Below are positions 8,944 through 15,650 of a DNA stretch of 64,000 nt, piece by piece. Source of the stretch: Nanobdellota archaeon (GTDB lineage Archaea; Nanobdellota; Nanobdellia; Pacearchaeales; GW2011-AR1); contig JADFRY010000001.1 in assembly GCA_022561055.1 (NCBI GenBank), positions 121,262 through 185,261 on the forward strand. The letters are read 5' to 3'. Below the pieces are notes generated by a model, which was not told where the DNA came from, did no database searches, and saw only the letters and a program-made list of their open reading frames with translations. The position numbers and the translations under genes were made by a program. The stretch's first letter is position 1. The number at the start of each line of letters is the position of its first letter.

Positions 8944-9092
8944 GATTTTTTCATGATTTAAACCTTTATAAATCTTTCTATCTTGTTACTACTATCAGGA
9001 GGTATATCAAAGTAAACTCCGATCACAAATATCCTTTAATAATAAAAAACCAGATGATTATTTACTCTGATATATATTTCTCATTCTTACCA

Positions 9093-9965
9093 TTAATAAT
9101 TGATTTTCTCAAACTTAATCAGATTTTTCCATTGTTGCAGGTATTCTTGGGCTTTTTTGTCTAGTTCTCCTGTAGAGATAAAAAGAGCTGGCATTTTTTC
9201 TGTTTGTGCTTTTTGTAGCGCTATGGTTAAGTCGTTTGAGTTTATTTTCTTTTTTTCTTTTGCCATTAAATAATATTCTTGTTTTCCAAATTTATCATCT
9301 GTGCGGATTTTTGACACGAATTCTTTCTTTTTGGCAGATATTTCTTCTAAAATTTCAATATCTTTGGCTGACAGGTGTTCTTTTATGAGATTTGGGAATT
9401 CAAATATTTGTTTTGGCTTTTTCTGTTTTGCTATAATGGGTTTTTTAATGGTTTGTTCTATTTTCAATGGTTTTATAATTTCTTTTTTTAAGCGAGGGAT
9501 TTTGCCTTGGATAATCTGTTGAATTTTTATTTTAATTTGTTCGTTTGGAAGCATAAAAAATCTCCAGAATAGTCTTGATTCTCCATTAACTCTTACTGTG
9601 ATAGGTAGCGCAAAGTCTTTTATTTTTCTTAAAGCGACTCTTATTGCCGGCTGTTGTTTTTCATCCTCAAGGATTTGTGATTCTTTTAAGAGAATAAAAG
9701 CCTCTTTTTCTTTTGAATTTAAGTAATCAACAAAATTTTCTAGTTTTGCCTCTTGTCCTATGATGAAATAAAGAGGAGAACTCCCGACTTTCATGTTGCT
9801 TAGTTTTAATTTTCTTTCTGAAACTAATTCTGATAAGAATGCAGAGACAAACAATGGGCTTATTCCTGTTTCTCTAGAAATTCTGGCTGGAAAACTTGGC
9901 CCTGCTGTTTTTATTGTTGAAATTATTTTCTCTTTATTTTCATATAATTTTTGTAAGTCTGGCAT
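9093..9965 (-). CDS. Hypothetical protein with an N-terminal winged-helix-like domain
   Basis: ISTIKTAGPSFPARISRETGISPLFVSAFLSELVSERKLKLSNMKVGSSPLYFI looks like a wHTH. The C-terminal part is Lys-rich. The function is not recognised. Confidence 0.55.
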   Translation of the reverse strand: MPDLQKLYENKEKIISTIKTAGPSFPARISRETGISPLFVSAFLSELVSERKLKLSNMKVGSSPLYFIIGQEAKLENFVDYLNSKEKEAFILLKESQILEDEKQQPAIRVALRKIKDFALPITVRVNGESRLFWRFFMLPNEQIKIKIQQIIQGKIPRLKKEIIKPLKIEQTIKKPIIAKQKKPKQIFEFPNLIKEHLSAKDIEILEEISAKKKEFVSKIRTDDKFGKQEYYLMAKEKKKINSNDLTIALQKAQTEKMPALFISTGELDKKAQEYLQQWKNLIKFEKINY

Positions 9966-10084
9966 AAGGAAATTATAGCGGCGAAGATTATAAATATTGT
10001 TGTGCGGTTGGGATTTTATAGAATAATATCAAAGTCTTTGAGTTTTTGTTCTAGTGAGTGTGGATGTAAATTAATTGACAGAGA

Positions 10085-10597
10085 TTAGGGTTTTAACCAA
10101 GAAACTTCGTAATATGAAACGTCATCTTCATCGTCTAGTACCCCGATTAACAAGTTTTTTCTTGCCGAATGCGCCACTCTGTTTTTTGCTGCAAAATCAT
10201 ACCAGCTGTGGCTTTCTGATTCTTTTACAGGATAAAGCAGCCAGAGTGCGTGGTCTTGCCCTGGTTTGACTCCTTTTTTATAAACTCTGAAATCTGCACC
10301 GAATTTTAAGGCGGTTTTTATGATATAGCCTCGCTTTCTTAAATCAGTAAAAACAGGAAGTTTGATTTCTATTCTTTTATCGAGCCTCTTTGCTTTTTTT
10401 ATGAGAGAATCTGAATCTAATTGTTTTTTCCCTGAGAAAATCTGCATTTTTCCTTGGAGATCCAGGAATAGGGCTTCGACTATGGAATATTCAATTTTAT
10501 TTTGCTTTTTTTCTCCGAATCTTGATTTCTCATAAAGTGAGAATGCAACGTTAGAGCTTGAGTAAATTTTGTTTCCGGAAAATTGGGCAGTTATCAT
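10085..10597 (-). CDS. endA: tRNA-splicing endonuclease
   Basis: DLRKRGYIIKTALKFGADFRVYKKG...DHALWLLYPV...HSARKNLLIGV matches the catalytic-domain pattern with the conserved Y/H/K residues. The 170-aa size fits the single-domain type. Confidence 0.85.
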   Translation of the reverse strand: MITAQFSGNKIYSSSNVAFSLYEKSRFGEKKQNKIEYSIVEALFLDLQGKMQIFSGKKQLDSDSLIKKAKRLDKRIEIKLPVFTDLRKRGYIIKTALKFGADFRVYKKGVKPGQDHALWLLYPVKESESHSWYDFAAKNRVAHSARKNLLIGVLDDEDDVSYYEVSWLKP

Positions 10598-10689
10598 GCT
10601 AAAAATAAGGAGAAAGTGTTTTTAAGCGTGTTGATTAATCCACCTGTCCTAAATTATGAGCCATTAAGAAATAAGAGTTGATATTTATG

Positions 10690-10715
10690 TCACATGTTAA
10701 ATATAACATATGTGA
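10690..10715. promoter_or_regulatory. Imperfect palindrome (candidate ArsR operator) just upstream of a TATA-like box
   Basis: TCACAT-GTTA-AATA-TAAC-AT-ATGTGA: the outer 6 bp and inner 4 bp arms are complementary, with a 2-nt offset. It sits ~15 nt upstream of tttataaata (10731-10740) and ~45 nt upstream of the arsR-like ATG. Confidence 0.35.
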
Positions 10716-10759
10716 TATTTTACCATAATATTTATAAATAGCATTATGTAATAAAATAT

Positions 10760-11071
10760 ATGATAAAGTCAAAATCTCTTCAAAATGCATATGACAGATT
10801 TCTTACAACTTTATCAAATAAAGTAAGATTAACAATAATTTATTCCTTAAAAGATAATCCAAAGAATGTAACTCGACTCACTAATGAACTGAAAATTCAT
10901 CAGACAACTGTTTCCCATTCATTAAGAAGACTATTAGATTGTGGATTTGTGTTTGTAGAGCAAAATGGTAAAGAAAGAATATACTCTGTAAATAAAAAAA
11001 CAATTAAGCCGTTGTTAAAATTAATGGAAGAGCATGTTAATAATTATTGTGCAAAGGGGGTGTGTAAATAA
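10760..11071 (+). CDS. ArsR/SmtB-family metalloregulatory transcriptional repressor
   Basis: RLTIIYSLKDNPKNVTRLTNELKIHQTTVSHSLRRLLDCGFVFVEQNGKERIYSVN matches the ArsR wHTH pattern. The C-terminus contains CAKGVC. Confidence 0.85.
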   Translation: MIKSKSLQNAYDRFLTTLSNKVRLTIIYSLKDNPKNVTRLTNELKIHQTTVSHSLRRLLDCGFVFVEQNGKERIYSVNKKTIKPLLKLMEEHVNNYCAKGVCK

Positions 11072-11072
11072 A

Positions 11073-11234
11073 ATGGTAAAACAAGAAACAAAAAACGACA
11101 AGACATATTTCATGTGTGAAGAATGTAACATGTATTACAAAACTAAGGATTTGGCTGAGAAGTGTGAAAGTCATTGCAGAGATAAACATGCATGTGACAC
11201 TGAAATAACAAAATATGCTGTTCAGCTTGATTGA
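11073..11234 (+). CDS. Small Cys-rich (zinc-ribbon-like) protein
   Basis: The most plausible start is the ATG at 11073, 1 nt after the arsR stop. The sequence is MVKQETKNDKTYFMCEECNMYYKTKDLAEKCESHCRDKHACDTEI, with CxxC...CxxxC...C spacing. Confidence 0.6.
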   Translation: MVKQETKNDKTYFMCEECNMYYKTKDLAEKCESHCRDKHACDTEITKYAVQLD

Positions 11235-12094
11235 AAATGAGCAATAATTATCTGAGATTAATTGGGATTATTATAATTTTGATAGCTATAATTGCAGCCG
11301 GCTATTTCACTTTTATATATTTTGTAAAAAATATAGTTCCAAGTTTCAGTAGTTATGGTTTGATTATCATTGCTATGATTGCCGGAGTTTCTATGTTTTT
11401 TAATCCTTGTTCATTTACATTATTACCAGCTTTCTTAACTTTTTTTGCTACAAAAAGCGAATTAAAGGGCGAGAATAAATTAGGTAAATTTTTATTATAT
11501 GGTCTTTTTGCTTCTTTAGGTATCATAACGTTTAGCATTATTCTTGGCAGTTTAATAGGACTATTAGGGGTAGGATTTGGTAAATCATTTGCTTTAACAG
11601 GAGATGCTCCCAATTTATCTGTCAGAATTTTTAGAGGTGTCATAGGAGGGTTATTAGCTATTTTTGGTTTAATGCATTTTAGAGGTGTGAGTTTTAAGAC
11701 AGGGGCCCTAAATAAGTTAAGCCAAGGGATCATGTCACCGGGTAATAAGGGTCCTTTAATGGGCATGTATTTATATGGCTTTGGATATAATGCACTAGGA
11801 ATTGGCTGTGGCGGACCTATAATGGCAGGTCTCTTAGTTTTTTCTTTAAGTTTAGGTGGTTTTAGCTCAGCATTGCTCGCCTTTATTATATTCTCCTTAA
11901 CAATGGTTGTATTAATGTTATTGATATCTATTTTAGTTGGTCTTTCTAAAGACACCTTAATTAATAAGATGAAAACTTCGTCTGGAAAAATTAAAAAGTT
12001 TACAGGAATAATAATGCTGCTAGTTGGTTTGTTTTTATTACTTTCAGCTATCTTTACAAAGATATTTGTAGGCATATTATTTCCAGGAGGATAA
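11231..12094 (+). CDS. DsbD/CcdA-family transmembrane thiol:disulfide electron-transfer protein (copy 1)
   Basis: Polytopic membrane protein with the family's two-Cys signature: FNPCSFTLLPAFL in an early TM helix and GIGCGGPIMAG in a later one. It overlaps the upstream gene by 4 nt. Confidence 0.75.
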   Translation: MKMSNNYLRLIGIIIILIAIIAAGYFTFIYFVKNIVPSFSSYGLIIIAMIAGVSMFFNPCSFTLLPAFLTFFATKSELKGENKLGKFLLYGLFASLGIITFSIILGSLIGLLGVGFGKSFALTGDAPNLSVRIFRGVIGGLLAIFGLMHFRGVSFKTGALNKLSQGIMSPGNKGPLMGMYLYGFGYNALGIGCGGPIMAGLLVFSLSLGGFSSALLAFIIFSLTMVVLMLLISILVGLSKDTLINKMKTSSGKIKKFTGIIMLLVGLFLLLSAIFTKIFVGILFPGG

Positions 12095-12110
12095 AAATAA
12101 GAAAGGAACA

Positions 12111-12308
12111 ATGAAAAAAATACTGAAAATACAAGGCATGCATTGTAGTGGATGTGCAACAGGCTTGGAGATTTTATTAAATACAAAAGGCATAAAAGCC
12201 AAAGTGGACTTTGATTCAAAAAAGGCAGAAGTTGAATTCAACCCAGATAAAATAAGCCTTGAAAAAATTAAAAAAGAAATAGAAAATGTTGGTTACAAAG
12301 TAAAATAA
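12111..12308 (+). CDS. Heavy-metal-associated (HMA) domain metallochaperone, CopZ-like
   Basis: LKIQGMHCSGCATGLE carries the MxCxxC motif, and the 65-aa size fits a ferredoxin-like HMA domain. Confidence 0.85.
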   Translation: MKKILKIQGMHCSGCATGLEILLNTKGIKAKVDFDSKKAEVEFNPDKISLEKIKKEIENVGYKVK

Positions 12309-12310
12309 AC

Positions 12311-13141
12311 ATGAGAATTAAAAAAGGCTATTTGGTATTAGGCTTATTATTATTGGGTATAATTATAGTAGCCATTATTGGACTTTATATTTGGAATAAT
12401 CAAATTTTATCAAACATTGGAAAAATAAGCCAGTTTTCATTCTTTTTAATTTTGGGATTTGCTTTTATCGCAGGCGTAATATCTTTTTTCTCACCTTGTG
12501 GTTTAGCCCTATTACCAGCTTTTCTTAGTTATAATATGGCAATGGTAGACAGCAAACAAAATCCACGTGAAACAAAGAAAAGAATTCTAAAAATAGGTAT
12601 TTTCTCAGCTTTAGGAATTGTTACATTTTATATTATTCTAGGAGTAATATTTTCATTATTCGGAGTAGTAATCGGCCAGTATATAAAATATTTTCAGTAT
12701 GCTATTGCAATACTTTTCGTAGTGTTTGGAATTATGCTTGTAAGAAATTTTGCTCTTTCAAATAAACTGTTTGATAAATTACGAGAGAAAGTTCATTCTA
12801 AGGCGGTAAGTAGTTCTGGTTATAAAGGATTTTATATTTTCGGATTTGCTTATGGTCTTGATATCATTGGATGTCTTTTTCCCCTAATCGCAGCTTTGGT
12901 GTTAATTCCTATAGCAACAGGAAATTTCGTGGTTGGAATTTCAGCATTCTTGTCTTTCTCTTTAGCATTAGCTATTACATTGAGCGTATTTGCTTATTTG
13001 ATAATTTATTCAAAAAAATCATTAGTTTCAGATATCTTAAAATCAACTAGAAAATTAAAAATGTGGATGGGAATAGGTTTAATAATTGGTGGAGTAGCCT
13101 TACTATTTTATTATACCTTTTGGGGGATGGTAATAGGATAA
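12311..13141 (+). CDS. DsbD/CcdA-family transmembrane thiol:disulfide electron-transfer protein (copy 2)
   Basis: FFSPCGLALLPAFLSY and GLDIIGCLFPLIAAL within a polytopic membrane protein. It starts 2 nt after the HMA gene stop. Confidence 0.75.
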   Translation: MRIKKGYLVLGLLLLGIIIVAIIGLYIWNNQILSNIGKISQFSFFLILGFAFIAGVISFFSPCGLALLPAFLSYNMAMVDSKQNPRETKKRILKIGIFSALGIVTFYIILGVIFSLFGVVIGQYIKYFQYAIAILFVVFGIMLVRNFALSNKLFDKLREKVHSKAVSSSGYKGFYIFGFAYGLDIIGCLFPLIAALVLIPIATGNFVVGISAFLSFSLALAITLSVFAYLIIYSKKSLVSDILKSTRKLKMWMGIGLIIGGVALLFYYTFWGMVIG

Positions 13142-13171
13142 AATGGATAAAAAGATGAAAGGAGGTATAAA

Positions 13172-13729
13172 ATGATAAACAAAGAAGACAAAGTTGAAGA
13201 AGCTAAAGAAGGAGAATATGTGCATATTAACATGAAAGTAATTGTTGTAGGATTAATAGCTGGAGTTATCGCATCTTTATGGACAATTATCCCATTTTTT
13301 GTTGGTGGTGTAAGTAATTTATTATATGCGACAGTTTCTATTGGGTTGCTTTTCTTAATCTTTTTTGCAGGATTTAAGAAAGGAGGAATAATCAAATCAG
13401 GAGGATTAGCCATAGGGGTTTTCCTTCTAATGTCTTATCTCCTAGTCCCATTTGTGAGCGGATTTTTATTGAATAACAATACTGATATCTCACAAATAAA
13501 TACTGAAGGATTGGAAACAGTTAATTTAGCATTACCCGGTCTATTTTGTGGAGGGTGTGCATATAGTTCGGAGAATGCATTGAAAGGCATGCCAGGAGTT
13601 GTAGATGCAAGAGTTGATTTTGATTCGAAAAGTGGAGTTGTTGTCTATGATCCAAACCTTATTACTCCAGAGACAATTGTTTCGAATGGAATTATTCAAG
13701 TTTACGGAGGAAGGATTGTAAATGGTTAA
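13172..13729 (+). CDS. Membrane protein with a C-terminal HMA-like domain
   Basis: About three TM helices, then LALPGLFCGGCAYSSENALKGMPGVVDARVDFDSKSGVVVYDP, which has an HMA topology with CGGC in place of MxCxxC. An SD-like aaaggaggt lies upstream. Confidence 0.65.
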   Translation: MINKEDKVEEAKEGEYVHINMKVIVVGLIAGVIASLWTIIPFFVGGVSNLLYATVSIGLLFLIFFAGFKKGGIIKSGGLAIGVFLLMSYLLVPFVSGFLLNNNTDISQINTEGLETVNLALPGLFCGGCAYSSENALKGMPGVVDARVDFDSKSGVVVYDPNLITPETIVSNGIIQVYGGRIVNG

Positions 13730-13776
13730 GGCATCCCCTTTTTTTGCTTTTCTTTATAAAATGCTAAACATACCAA

Positions 13777-14775
13777 ATGGCAGATAAATCAAGAATTTTG
13801 CTTGCAGTATTTGGTTTTATTTTATTGGTAATTATTATTGTAGGTCTGTTTTTTCTCGCGTTAAGTGCTGCTGGAACAACAAGTTTGCTTCTTTCCTATG
13901 CCGCTGGCTTATCAATGATTTTCTTGCCTTGCACGCTTCCTTTGGTGTTTATTATTGTACCTCTGACTATGGGTCATAAACCAATAAAAGGGTTGATGAT
14001 GGCACTTCTTTTTGGTCTTGGTATTTCAATCACTTTAGCGATCTATGGAATATTAACAGCCAGTATTGGCTCATTTTTAGGTGTCGATAAAACAACACGT
14101 ATTATGTTTAGTATTGCAGGACTTGCAGCCCTTACTTTTGGCATTTCAGAGCTAAAACTCATAAAATTTACTATGCCTGGTTTTTCTGGCGCAGTGCCTC
14201 AATGGATTCAGAAGAGGAAAGATTACTCTAAGATTTTTTTTATGGGCTTATTTTTAGGTAATGCTGGCGTAGGATGTCCTAATCCAGCTTTCTATGTTTT
14301 ACTTACTTATATTGCCTCTGTTGGCAGTTTTGTTACAGGTGGATGGCTTGCCTTTATTCATGGTGTGGGAAGAGCAACTCCGCTTATTTTTCTTGCAATT
14401 TTAGGAATTATTGGTATTAATTCAATGAAATGGGTAGCCACTAAGAGAACATCAATTGATAAAATAATGGGTTGGGGTTTAATTCTAGTCGGAGCATTTA
14501 TCTTTGCATTTGGCTTTTTTGGCATGGCATGGTGGGAAAGTGGCCCTATCCATCAAACATGGAATAGCGCTATAGAAAATATTGCGCCAAATCTAGCAGA
14601 GCTAGAAGGCCACGATTTATTAGTTCCAGCAGGTTTTGTTTCAGGCCCATTATGGTCGGGCTGGGTATTAGTGGCTACGATAATATTTTTTATTTTTATT
14701 TGGTATAGACTAAAAGGAAAACAAGTAACTAAAAAAGAAGAGGTAAACAATATAAACCGGGACTCACATATATAA
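13777..14775 (+). CDS. DsbD-family-like polytopic membrane protein (copy 3, larger and divergent)
   Basis: MIFLPCTLPLVFIIVP and NAGVGCPNPAFYVLL follow the same two-Cys-in-TM logic. It has extra C-terminal TM helices. Confidence 0.55.
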   Translation: MADKSRILLAVFGFILLVIIIVGLFFLALSAAGTTSLLLSYAAGLSMIFLPCTLPLVFIIVPLTMGHKPIKGLMMALLFGLGISITLAIYGILTASIGSFLGVDKTTRIMFSIAGLAALTFGISELKLIKFTMPGFSGAVPQWIQKRKDYSKIFFMGLFLGNAGVGCPNPAFYVLLTYIASVGSFVTGGWLAFIHGVGRATPLIFLAILGIIGINSMKWVATKRTSIDKIMGWGLILVGAFIFAFGFFGMAWWESGPIHQTWNSAIENIAPNLAELEGHDLLVPAGFVSGPLWSGWVLVATIIFFIFIWYRLKGKQVTKKEEVNNINRDSHI

Positions 14776-14782
14776 TTATAAA

Positions 14783-15031
14783 ATGATTAAAAAAGTTCAA
14801 ATTTTAAAAACGCCCGGCTGTACGTCTTGTGCAAAAGCAATGGTGCTTGTCAAGAAAATAAAAAAAGAAGAAAAACTCAGTTTTAAAATACAAGAATTAG
14901 ATATTTCAAAGCATCCAGACTTATTACAAAAATATCAAATAATGGTTTCTCCAGGCATTGTCATAGATGGCAAATTAGAGTTTGTAGGAATGCCTAACGA
15001 GAGGAAGCTTAGAGAGAAGTTAATTAAATGA
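14783..15031 (+). CDS. Small thioredoxin/glutaredoxin-fold protein
   Basis: KTPGCTSCAKA carries a CxxC motif, and YQIMVSPGIVIDGKLEFVGMP contains the cis-Pro region. The 82-aa size fits. Confidence 0.7.
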   Translation: MIKKVQILKTPGCTSCAKAMVLVKKIKKEEKLSFKIQELDISKHPDLLQKYQIMVSPGIVIDGKLEFVGMPNERKLREKLIK

Positions 15032-15074
15032 AAAAACCAAATAAAAAAGAGGATAGGTTGCTGGAACTCCTAGA

Positions 15075-15626
15075 ATGTCAAGAATGCTGGAAAGTTGCAT
15101 TCTTGAGCACATCCAAGAATCAAGGATTCTTGGTGACCCGCTGGAGGTTTGTAGAATGAAACCAAAACCAACTAAAGAGTCCATAACAATAATGTCTCAT
15201 CTTATGATGCCTGCAGACGCAAATACAGTTGGTTTTGTTCATGGAGGAGTCATATTAAAATTAGTCGATATAATTTCTTATATTTGTGCTTCCAAGCATT
15301 CTGGCAAATATTGCGTGACAGCTTCTATTGATAGAGTTAATTTTTTACAGCCTATAAGAATTGGTGAGTTGGTCATATTATATGCTTCTGTAAATTATGT
15401 TGGAAACACTTCTATGGAAGTTGGAGTGAGAGTTGAGGCAGAAAATCTTAGAAGTGGTAAGAGAAGACATACAAACAGTTGTTATGTAACTATGGTTTCT
15501 GTGAGTAATAAAGGAAAACCCATTAAAGCACCGAAAGTCATTCCTCAGACAAAAGAGGAGAAATTAAGATACGAAGAAGCTGAAAAGCGAAGAAAAGAGA
15601 GACTGATGAAAAAAGCGAAAATTTAA
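15075..15626 (+). CDS. Acyl-CoA thioesterase (hotdog fold)
   Basis: MMPADANTVGFVHGGVILKLVDIISYICASKHSG...ASIDRVNFLQPIRIGELV matches the pattern. The true start may be an internal Met (MKPKPT...). Confidence 0.8.
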   Translation: MSRMLESCILEHIQESRILGDPLEVCRMKPKPTKESITIMSHLMMPADANTVGFVHGGVILKLVDIISYICASKHSGKYCVTASIDRVNFLQPIRIGELVILYASVNYVGNTSMEVGVRVEAENLRSGKRRHTNSCYVTMVSVSNKGKPIKAPKVIPQTKEEKLRYEEAEKRRKERLMKKAKI

Positions 15627-15650
15627 ATTCCCCTTTCTTTTGATGTTGAT

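Noticed and set aside
11353-12219. 288-aa minus-strand ORF in the supplied track.
   Set aside because: It is entirely antisense to the well-supported DsbD-like gene and the start of the HMA gene. It has low-complexity P/K/I-rich composition and no motifs, so it is a mirror-frame artefact.
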